Made by a program: the position numbers and the translations under genes. The notes beneath the pieces are model-generated. The model did no database searches, was not told the origin of the DNA, and was given only the letters and a program-made list of their open reading frames with translations. Of a stretch of DNA of 64,000 nt, positions 9,579 through 17,174 are shown piece by piece. Position 1 is the first letter of the stretch, and the number at the start of each line of letters is the position of its first letter. The stretch comes from Phyllobacteriaceae bacterium (lineage in GTDB: Bacteria; Pseudomonadota; Alphaproteobacteria; Rhizobiales; Rhizobiaceae): contig JANSXT010000009.1 in assembly GCA_024742765.1 (NCBI GenBank), positions 80,586 to 144,585 on the forward strand, given 5' to 3'.

Positions 9579-10811
9579 ATGGTTCTCAGATTGATGATTT
9601 CACTGGTTGCGATTTTCGGTTTCGCGACGGTCGCCGCGGCGCAGGATCAGATCTGCGGCGGCATTGGCGACGATGGCGCATGGGCGGGCGGCGATGCGGA
9701 CATGTCGGACATTGCAACGGCGGACGCACCGTTCGATGCGTCCGGCGTCAGCGCGCGCGGCGAAAACATCGTCACGCTGTTCGCCGTTAGCGACACCGCG
9801 CAGGTGCGGCTCGAGGCGCAGCCGACCGATGGCGGCGACACGGTGATCGAATTGTTCGGCGATGCGGGCACGCGCATCCTCACCGATGATGACAGCGGCC
9901 AGGGATCGGGCTCGATGGCCGAGACCGAACTGGCGCCCGGCACCTATTGTCTGGTGACCTCGAGCTATAGCGGGGCGGGCCAGACCGCCGACATACGCAT
10001 CGGTCTGACCAGCCATGAACCGATGAGCCCCGACGGCGAAACGTCCGTCAGCCAGGCCTGTGCGCCCGGTGCCGAGGCGGCCGATCTGTATGACGGCCCG
10101 ATCGCCGGGCTTTCGGGCGAGGGCCTGTCGATGACGGCCTCGGTCCGGCAGACGCCGGCCTATCGTTTCACGCTGGCCGAGCCGACTGCGATGACCATCT
10201 ATGCGGAAGGCACCCCCGCCGATCCGGTGCTGCATCTGTTTGACGGCGAAGGCACCCTTCTGGGCGAGAACGACGATGCGGACGGCCGCAATGCGCGGCT
10301 CGATTTCCCCGCGGCGCTGCCGGCGGGCGATTACTGCATCGGTCTGCGTGCCTTGTCGGACGAGAACGCGCCGGTGCGCGTCAGCTTGGTGCCGCACAGC
10401 GTGGAGGCCGTGTTGTCGCGTCTCTATGCGACGGGAAAGGCCGCGCCGCCGCCCGGTAGCGATCATCCGGTCATGGCGCTCGGTGCGGCCGATGGCCGGC
10501 TGATCGAGGATGTCGTGCTCGACAAGGACGCGGTCTGGCTGCGCTTTTCGGTTCCGGCAAGCGGGATGATGGTGATCGAGGCGGTGGCGCTCGGCGAGAT
10601 CGATCCGGCGATCACGCTGTTCGACGAACTGGGCCGCACGATCATGCACAATGACGATATGGGGCAGGGCAACACGGACAGCCTGATCGCCACGCGCATC
10701 GCGCCGGGCGACTATCTTCTGGCCGTCACGCGGATCGAGGATGGCGTGGCGACGCCGGTGCGGCTTGCCATCGAGCGGTTCGTACCCGCCGGCAAGAGCA
10801 TCGACCGCTAG
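9579..10811 (+). CDS. Secreted protein with three pre-peptidase C-terminal (PPC)-like repeats
   Basis: ORF 9501..10811 trimmed to ATG 9579 (GGAAGGAG upstream). Signal peptide MVLRLMISLVAIFGFATVAAA/QD. Three repeats of about 130 aa share the pattern D..[IL].LFD..G..[IL]...DD..G......[IL].[AP]G.Y.[IL].V. Confidence 0.75.
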   Translation: MVLRLMISLVAIFGFATVAAAQDQICGGIGDDGAWAGGDADMSDIATADAPFDASGVSARGENIVTLFAVSDTAQVRLEAQPTDGGDTVIELFGDAGTRILTDDDSGQGSGSMAETELAPGTYCLVTSSYSGAGQTADIRIGLTSHEPMSPDGETSVSQACAPGAEAADLYDGPIAGLSGEGLSMTASVRQTPAYRFTLAEPTAMTIYAEGTPADPVLHLFDGEGTLLGENDDADGRNARLDFPAALPAGDYCIGLRALSDENAPVRVSLVPHSVEAVLSRLYATGKAAPPPGSDHPVMALGAADGRLIEDVVLDKDAVWLRFSVPASGMMVIEAVALGEIDPAITLFDELGRTIMHNDDMGQGNTDSLIATRIAPGDYLLAVTRIEDGVATPVRLAIERFVPAGKSIDR

Positions 10812-10829
10812 GGCCGGCCCATGCAAAGC

Positions 10830-10849
10830 GGGCCGCCCGAAGGCGGCCC
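10830..10849. terminator. GC-rich hairpin between convergent genes (bidirectional terminator candidate)
   Basis: GGGCCGCC-cgaa-GGCGGCCC, a perfect 8-bp stem. It sits in the 61-bp gap between the PPC-repeat gene stop and the TAXI binding-protein stop. Confidence 0.6.
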
Positions 10850-10872
10850 GGCTCGCTGGTTTGATGTGTGCG

Positions 10873-11856
10873 TCAGCCGCCATGGACCATGTCGGCGGCA
10901 ATCTCGGCGCCGGCATTTTCCGTGAACCACTTGGCCGCACCGGGATGCCATTTCATCACGGTGTTCTTGTCCCAGTTCTCGGGCAGGGTCGAGCGGGCGG
11001 CGCGGTGGATGTTCACCATCCGCTCATTGTCCGACATGACGACGTCGACGACCGCTTCAACGAAGCTCTCCGGCAGATCGCAATTGGCGATGGCGAAGTT
11101 CCACATCGACACGGATCGCGCATCGGCTTCAAGCGTCGTATAGGTGTCGGCGGCGATCATGAACTCGGAAACCGGGAAGGCTTCCATGATGGCGGCCTGC
11201 TCTTCGGCGGTGAACTCGATGATGTTCACGTCGGTCTGCACTTCAAGCTGGCTGACGGCGGGGACCGGCACGCCGGCCGCGAACGCGATCACGTCCAGAA
11301 GGCCGTCCTGAAGCTGGCCGCCGAGATCGGACCAGCCGCCATTGCGGCGCTCAAATTCGACGCCGAGCGTTTCCATCATGCGCGGGAAGTAGGTGTCCGA
11401 CGTCGAGCCGGCGGGGCCGAAGCCGATTTTTGCACCGGCCGGAATGTCCGATACCGCTTCAATGCCCGACGATGACAGAGCGGTCACCGAGAAGGGCGTC
11501 TGGTACATGGGAAACATCGCGCAGGCATTGGTCATCTCAAGGCCCGGTGCGATCGGGTTGGTTCCGCCGATCGATTCGGCGGCGGGGCCCATGGTGGTCA
11601 TGCCGAACGCGGCTTCGCCGGTGTGCACGAGCGCCATGTTCTGCATCGGACCGCCGGTGACTTCGCCGCCGCCGGAGATGCCAAGTTCCTCGGCGACCAG
11701 ATTGGCCCAGCCCGAACCATAGGCGAAATAGGTTCCGCCCTGCGAGGCGGTTCCGACGGTGAAGCTCTCCGGCCAGCCTTCGCGGTCCTGTGCGATGGCG
11801 CCCGAGGCGGTGACGGCGACGGTCGCAACGGCGGCCATCAGAATTGACAGTTTCAT
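10873..11856 (-). CDS. TAXI-family TRAP transporter solute-binding protein
   Basis: ORF 10873..12117 trimmed to ATG 11856 (AGGAGG upstream). Signal peptide MKLSILMAAVATVAVTASGAIA, then FTVGTASQGGTYFAYGSGWANLV, the TAXI (immunogenic-protein-type) N-terminal signature. Confidence 0.85.
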   Translation of the reverse strand: MKLSILMAAVATVAVTASGAIAQDREGWPESFTVGTASQGGTYFAYGSGWANLVAEELGISGGGEVTGGPMQNMALVHTGEAAFGMTTMGPAAESIGGTNPIAPGLEMTNACAMFPMYQTPFSVTALSSSGIEAVSDIPAGAKIGFGPAGSTSDTYFPRMMETLGVEFERRNGGWSDLGGQLQDGLLDVIAFAAGVPVPAVSQLEVQTDVNIIEFTAEEQAAIMEAFPVSEFMIAADTYTTLEADARSVSMWNFAIANCDLPESFVEAVVDVVMSDNERMVNIHRAARSTLPENWDKNTVMKWHPGAAKWFTENAGAEIAADMVHGG

Positions 11857-12088
11857 GAATTCCTCCTGTTCGGATCGTTCGGCCGGTCGCGCGGTGTTGC
11901 GCGAGCCGACACCGGGCGGACCGGTCCGTATGCGAAAGTTCCTCCCCACCCGAACGCCCGGCTGGCGGGCGTTGCGGAGGCATCGGGCATGAGCGGCCCC
12001 GGGCGCAAGGGCGACCAAACGGATTTGCCGCATTGGCGGGCTAGAGTTTGCCGCCATGGGTGCGAGGGGGAACATGACGGCCCATATC

Positions 12089-12108
12089 ATGTGTCGGAAC
12101 CGACACAT
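12089..12108. promoter_or_regulatory. 20-nt dyad ATGTGTCGG-AA-CCGACACAT (protein-binding site or weak hairpin)
   Basis: Perfect 9-nt inverted arms. It lies 16 nt past the dctD stop and about 233 nt upstream of the TAXI binding-protein start. No U-tract follows on either strand. Confidence 0.35.
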
Positions 12109-12123
12109 CGGCCGCAAGGCCGC

Positions 12124-13488
12124 TCAGACCGCGTCTTCGGCCTCGATGAAGGCGGCGCGGTCGAGCCCGTATTTCTGCATCTTTTCGTAAAGCGCCTTGC
12201 GCGACAGTCCGAGCGCCTCATAGGTCTCCTTGAGGCTGCCGCCATGGGCGGTCAGGCTCGCGGCGATCAGGGCGCGCTCATAATCGGCGACGCGGTCGGC
12301 GAGATTGGCGTCGGCTCCGTCCGTCGGGGCGCCAGAGGCGCTATCGCCGATCGCCAGATCGAGACCGAGCGCGAAGCGGTCGGCGGCATTGCGCAACTCG
12401 CGCACATTGCCCGGCCAGGCGCGTGCCGACACCGCATTGAGCACCGCGCCGGGAACCTCGGGGGCCGGGCGCTTGTAGCGGGCAGCGGCCTCATTGACCA
12501 GTTGCACGAAGAGGCGCGGAATGTCCTCGCGGCGCTCGGTCAGGTCCGGCACGCGCAGCGTGACCACATTGAGCCGGTAAAGAAGATCGCTGCGGAACCG
12601 GCCGGCAGCGGCTTCGGCCTCAAGATCGGTCTTGCTGGCGGCGACGAACCGCACGTCGAGCTCGACCGGATCGTTGGAGCCGAGCCGGGTGATCGCCCGG
12701 TTCTGGATGGCGTGCAGCAGCTTGGCCTGCATCGGCTGCGGCATGCTCTCGATTTCGTCGAGGAAGACGGTGCCGCCGCGCGCATGTTCGAACTTGCCAT
12801 AGCGGGCGCGGGTCGCGCCGGGAAAAGCGCCAGCCTCGTGGCCGAACAGTTCGCTTTCGATCAGCGCCTCGGGCAGGGCAGCGCAATTGATGTGCACGAA
12901 CGGCCAGTCGCCGCGGGTGCTCGCCCGATGCAACGCGCGGGCCGCCACTTCCTTGCCGGTGCCGGTGGCGCCGACGATCAGCACATCGGCCTCGGTGGCC
13001 GCGATCGCGCGGATCTGGTGGCGCAGCTCCACCATGGCCGCGCTGCGGCCGGACAGGCGGGCCTCGATGGCGTCACGCCCGCCCACCTGCGAGCGCAGGG
13101 CCCGGTTTTCCAGCGTCAACCGGCGCTTGTCGAGCGCGCGGCGCACCGTCTCGACCAGCCGGCTCGGCGCATAGGGCTTTTCCAGGAAATCATAGGCGCC
13201 CTCGCGCATGCACTGGACCGCCAGTTCGACATCGCCATGGCCGGTCACCAGAATGACGGGAAACTCGGGGTCGATTTCCAGCGCCCGGCGCATCAGTTCG
13301 ATCCCGTCCATGCCCGGCATGCGGATATCGGTGACCAGAATGCCGGGAAAATTGCGGCTGATCTGCGCCAGCGCCTTTTCGGCCTGGCCAACACAGGTGA
13401 CCGGCAGGTCCTCGAGCTGCAGCGCCTGTTCGGCGGCAAGGCGCAGATGCTCCTCGTCGTCGACGAAAAGGACCGTCTCGCCAGTCAT
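12124..13488 (-). CDS. dctD: Sigma-54-dependent response regulator, DctD/NtrC family
   Basis: Receiver domain (VLFVDDE...LVTDIRMPGMDG). AAA+ core with GATGTGKEV, VFLDEIE and RSDLLYRLNV. C-terminal Fis-type HTH (ETYEALGLSRKALYEKMQKYG). The L1 loop reads GAFPGA rather than GAFTGA. Confidence 0.9.
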   Translation of the reverse strand: MTGETVLFVDDEEHLRLAAEQALQLEDLPVTCVGQAEKALAQISRNFPGILVTDIRMPGMDGIELMRRALEIDPEFPVILVTGHGDVELAVQCMREGAYDFLEKPYAPSRLVETVRRALDKRRLTLENRALRSQVGGRDAIEARLSGRSAAMVELRHQIRAIAATEADVLIVGATGTGKEVAARALHRASTRGDWPFVHINCAALPEALIESELFGHEAGAFPGATRARYGKFEHARGGTVFLDEIESMPQPMQAKLLHAIQNRAITRLGSNDPVELDVRFVAASKTDLEAEAAAGRFRSDLLYRLNVVTLRVPDLTERREDIPRLFVQLVNEAAARYKRPAPEVPGAVLNAVSARAWPGNVRELRNAADRFALGLDLAIGDSASGAPTDGADANLADRVADYERALIAASLTAHGGSLKETYEALGLSRKALYEKMQKYGLDRAAFIEAEDAV

Positions 13489-15362
13489 TCGGCGGCCACC
13501 TCATGCGTCAGCGGAGTTGTCCCGACCGGTGCTGCCGCAACCTTGAGGTCGATCGCAAAGATGGCGCCGCCGTCCGGATGATTGCGCGCGGACAGCGTGC
13601 CGCCGAAATCCTTGACGATGTTGTAGGAGATCGACAGCCCCAGCCCGAGCCCGTTGCCCGGTCCCTTGGTGGTGAAGAATGGGTCGAAAATCTGCGCCAG
13701 CATGTCGTCGGTGACGCCGGTGCCGCGATCGCGGATTTCCAGCCGGCACTGGGCCCGGTCGGCCTCGACGGCAATCTCGATGACGGGCTCGCTTTGGTCC
13801 TGCATCGCATCGAGCGCGTTGCTGAGCAAATTGACGATCACCTGCTGCAGCCGGACATGGCCGCCCATCACCTGGATATCCCGGGGCGGACGCTCAAAGC
13901 TGACGGTTGCATTGGCCGATTTCAGGCGCGCATCCATCAGCGCCAGCGCATCGTCAACCGCATGCATCAGCGGCACCGGCCCGATCTTTTGCTGCGGCCG
14001 GCGCGCGAAATTGCGCAAGTGCCGCGAGATCGACGCCATGCGGTCGGCCATTTGCGAGATGCGGCCGACATTGTCGCTTGCCTCATCCGTCCGGCCGCGT
14101 TCAAGGAAGGTAGCGGCATTGTCGGCATAGGATTTGACGGCAGCCAGCGGCTGGTTGAACTCGTGGCTGAGCGCGGCGGACATCTGGCCAAGGGCGGCGA
14201 GCTTGCCCGCCTGCACCAGATCGGCCTGGGTCTTGCGCAATTGCTGCTCGGCGGCTTTTCGTTCGTCGACTTCGGCGCGCAGTTTCCGGTTGGCGGTGTT
14301 CAGATCGGCGGTGCGTTCGGCGACGCGCTGTTCGAGCAGTTCCTGGGTGGCGCGCTGGGCCTCGATCCGCTCGACCAGCCGGGCGCGGCGCTGGATGAAG
14401 ATGGCGGCGATCAGGCCGGCAAACAGGATGACGAGCACGACCATCGCCATCACCCAGAGCGCCTGGGTGCGGGCGGGGCCGGTCGGGGTCAGTATGGTCA
14501 CCTGCCACCCGGCTTCTGCGATCGGCGTCGTGCTGGCGACGAAACTCTCCGATGCGCCGTCCGCGCCGATTGTCATCAGCCCGATCCGGCCGGCGAGCGG
14601 TTCGCGCGTCGTCGGCAGTTCGATCACCCGGTCGAGCGGATATTGCCGGTCGGCTTCGATCCGGCCCAACGCTTCGTCCGACAGCGGTGACAGGGCGCGG
14701 AAATGCCATTCGGGGCGGCTCGCCATGAACACCACATCGTTCTGATCCTTGACGATGATGTCATTGTCGCCGGCGCGCCATGCTTCCTCGAACCCATCGA
14801 CCGTGAACTTGACGGCGACGACACCGATCGGCGCGCCGTCCTCGATCACGGGCGCGGCGAAGAAATAGCCTCGTTCGCCCGATGTGGTGCCGAGCGCGAA
14901 GTAGCGGCCGATCGTTCCCTCCATCGCCTCGGTGAAATAGGGGCGGTAATAAAAGGAGCGGCCGACGAAGGAGAGTTGCTTGTGGTGGTTGCTCGCAACC
15001 AGCGTCAGGCCGGTCGTGTCCATCAGATAGATGTCCGACGCGCTGACCGCTTCGGCCGTTTCCTGCAACTCGTCATCGATCCGGTCGCGCAGGGCCATGT
15101 TGTTCGGGTCGGCCAGCAATTGCCGCAGGACGGGGCGCTCGGCGACGAGTGCGGGCAGGGGCTCGTAGCGGCGCAGCGCGCCTTCAAGGCCCTGGACGGC
15201 GAGCCGCAGCGTCGCTTCGCTGCGTTCGCCGGCGCGCAGAAGGAATGTCCGCTCAAGACCGGGCAATGCCGCAAGGCTGGCCGCCACCGCGCCCAGCACG
15301 ATGACCGCCAGCCAGACGGCGGCGTTGGCGCGAACGCGCTTTTGCGTGGCTCCTCCCCACAT
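13485..15362 (-). CDS. dctB: Sensor histidine kinase, DctB-like (periplasmic double-PDC/Cache sensor)
   Basis: One TM segment, a periplasmic domain (FYYRPYFTEAM...ERGYFFAAPV), a second TM segment, an H-box LGQMSAALSHEFNQPL, and an ATPase G-box GNGLGLGLSISYNIV. 4-nt overlap with dctD. Confidence 0.85.
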   Translation of the reverse strand: MWGGATQKRVRANAAVWLAVIVLGAVAASLAALPGLERTFLLRAGERSEATLRLAVQGLEGALRRYEPLPALVAERPVLRQLLADPNNMALRDRIDDELQETAEAVSASDIYLMDTTGLTLVASNHHKQLSFVGRSFYYRPYFTEAMEGTIGRYFALGTTSGERGYFFAAPVIEDGAPIGVVAVKFTVDGFEEAWRAGDNDIIVKDQNDVVFMASRPEWHFRALSPLSDEALGRIEADRQYPLDRVIELPTTREPLAGRIGLMTIGADGASESFVASTTPIAEAGWQVTILTPTGPARTQALWVMAMVVLVILFAGLIAAIFIQRRARLVERIEAQRATQELLEQRVAERTADLNTANRKLRAEVDERKAAEQQLRKTQADLVQAGKLAALGQMSAALSHEFNQPLAAVKSYADNAATFLERGRTDEASDNVGRISQMADRMASISRHLRNFARRPQQKIGPVPLMHAVDDALALMDARLKSANATVSFERPPRDIQVMGGHVRLQQVIVNLLSNALDAMQDQSEPVIEIAVEADRAQCRLEIRDRGTGVTDDMLAQIFDPFFTTKGPGNGLGLGLSISYNIVKDFGGTLSARNHPDGGAIFAIDLKVAAAPVGTTPLTHEVAAE

Positions 15363-15617
15363 GACGCGATTATGGCGCGCCCGGCGGCGCTTGAGAAGAT
15401 GATTCGGGCAATGGCGTTAAGCCTTTCCGCCAATGGTGCTTTTTCGCTTGTCGGCGGTTCTGCGGCGCCGGCCGTCCAGAAGCCGATTTGCGGGAACAGT
15501 CCCGGGGCGCTGCCCTGTCCCGCACGCAGAGTTAGCCGTTAATCTTAACGCCCGCTTATACTTGTCAATGACTTCCGGCCTCGGCTAGCGCGGTAACCCA
15601 AGCGTCGGAGGTGTGTC

Positions 15618-17174
15618 ATGACTTGGAACTTTGCTTGTCGCTTTGCTCGGTGTGCCGATCAGTATTCGGATCGAATGGCGCTCGTCGACGGCAAGACAAG
15701 GCTCACCTATGGTGCACTCGCCGAACGGGTTCAACGCGTCGCCGGCCAACTCCGCCCGGTGCTTGGCGAAGGGCGTGTCGGCGTCCTTGGCTCGCGCAGC
15801 GTCGAGGCATGCACGGGGTTCCTTGGAACCGCCTGGGCTGGCGGGACCTATGTGCCTCTCGGCCTCAACCAGCCCGAAGCCCGCCTGATCGCGCTTTTCG
15901 AAGAGCTTGAACTTGATGCATTGATCGTCGACCGGACGGGCGCGAAACGCCTGTCGCCCGAACTCAGGCGCGCCGCGCCCAAGCTGGTTCTTGTTCCCGC
16001 CAACGAGCCGGGCCATTTCGTGCCGCTCGGCGCTGCCGGCCCGGTGCCGGAGCCGCTCGCCGAACCCGCCACTGTCGATGCCGATCATCTTGCCTATATC
16101 ATCTTCACCTCCGGCACGACCGGCATGCCCAAGGGCGTGATGGTCAATGCCCGGTCCTTTTCGCTTTATCTCGATGCGATCGCGCCCTGGTACCGGCTTG
16201 GCCCCGACGATCGGGCGGCGGAAACCTGCGAGACCAATTTCGATCTGTCGATCCACAACATGATGACGGCCTGGATGGCCGGCGCGTCGCTTTACATCAT
16301 GCGGCCGCTCGACCTGGTGTCGCCGGCGCGCTTCGTTCGCGCTCATGAGATCACGACCTGGCTGTCGGTGCCTTCGATCATCGCGCTGATGCGGCAGGCG
16401 GGCGGTTTGACCGCCGATAGCCTGCCGTCGCTGCGCCTGTCCTGGTTCTGCGGCGAACCGCTTTCCGAGCAGGCGGTGCGCGATTGGGCCGCGGCCGCGC
16501 CCAACAGCGTCATCGGGAACTTTTATGGCCCGACCGAGATCACGGTCGCCGTGTTGCGCCAGCGCTGGCATGGCGATGGTCCGCTGACGCCCGAACGCGG
16601 CATCGTTGCGATCGGCACGCCGATTGACGGCGTCGAAGCGCTGATCGTGGATGAAAAACGCCAGCCGGTTCCCGATGGGACGCCCGGCGAGATCGCCCTT
16701 GCGGCCGAGCAATGCTCGCAAGGCTATTTCCGCAAGCCCGATCTGACCGCCGAACGGTTTCCGCAGATCAATGGCAAGCCGGGCTATCTGACCGGTGACC
16801 GCGGCTACAGGGATGCCGATGGCGTGTTCCATCACCTGGGCCGGCTCGACAACCAAATTAAGTTCAAGGGGCACCGCATCGAGCTTGAAGAGATCGACGC
16901 ACGGCTGCGTGAAGCCACCGGCTCGGCGATGGTCGGCACGGTGACCTGGCCGACAGAGGGCCATGTGGTGAAGGGGCTGGCCGGCTTTTATGCCGTGTCG
17001 GGTCTTGATGCCGAAGAGGTACGTTCGCGGCTGCGCAAGACGCTGCCGGCCTACATGGTGCCCGAGCGGCTGGAGAACCTCGCCAAGATGCCGCTCAGCG
17101 GCAATGGCAAGGTGGACCGCAAGGCGCTCATCGCCGGACTGGACGCCGGCGAACAGAAGCGGGATGTCGCCTGA
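15618..17174 (+). CDS. Stand-alone NRPS-type adenylation enzyme, DltA-like (amino acid--carrier protein ligase)
   Basis: A-domain cores are present: LAYIIFTSGTTGMPKGV, NFDLSIHN, NFYGPTEITV, YLTGDRGY, GRLDNQIKFKGHRIELEEID, LPAYMVP, NGKVDRKAL. GGAGG lies upstream of ATG 15618. Confidence 0.85.
   Translation: MTWNFACRFARCADQYSDRMALVDGKTRLTYGALAERVQRVAGQLRPVLGEGRVGVLGSRSVEACTGFLGTAWAGGTYVPLGLNQPEARLIALFEELELDALIVDRTGAKRLSPELRRAAPKLVLVPANEPGHFVPLGAAGPVPEPLAEPATVDADHLAYIIFTSGTTGMPKGVMVNARSFSLYLDAIAPWYRLGPDDRAAETCETNFDLSIHNMMTAWMAGASLYIMRPLDLVSPARFVRAHEITTWLSVPSIIALMRQAGGLTADSLPSLRLSWFCGEPLSEQAVRDWAAAAPNSVIGNFYGPTEITVAVLRQRWHGDGPLTPERGIVAIGTPIDGVEALIVDEKRQPVPDGTPGEIALAAEQCSQGYFRKPDLTAERFPQINGKPGYLTGDRGYRDADGVFHHLGRLDNQIKFKGHRIELEEIDARLREATGSAMVGTVTWPTEGHVVKGLAGFYAVSGLDAEEVRSRLRKTLPAYMVPERLENLAKMPLSGNGKVDRKALIAGLDAGEQKRDVA

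Noticed and set aside
12003-12017. Minus-strand TTGGTCGCCCTTGCGC upstream of the TAXI binding-protein gene as a sigma-54 promoter
   Set aside because: The good TTGC lies 10 nt rather than 12 nt from the GG. The correctly spaced GC lacks the TTGC context. A second candidate at 11932-11947 (GGGAGGAACTTTCGCA) has neither TGG nor TGC. One at 15434-15448 (TGGTGC-N5-CGCT) is one nucleotide short in spacing.
10873-12117. Long N-terminal extensions of track ORFs, for example the TAXI binding protein at 414 aa, paaK at 568 aa, pcaH at 328 aa, glpD at 551 aa and paaR at 232 aa
   Set aside because: The extensions are Arg/Pro-rich and lack an RBS. They often overlap the upstream gene or regulatory boxes. 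Internal ATG or GTG starts have Shine-Dalgarno sequences and give family-typical lengths, so the genes were trimmed.
15372-15542. 56-aa plus-strand ORF (MARPAALEKMIRAMALSL...) upstream of the DltA-like gene, considered as a DltX-like peptide
   Set aside because: It has no RBS and no hydrophobic helix, and it lacks the aromatic C-terminal motif expected of DltX. It is the tail of a shadow ORF antisense to dctB.
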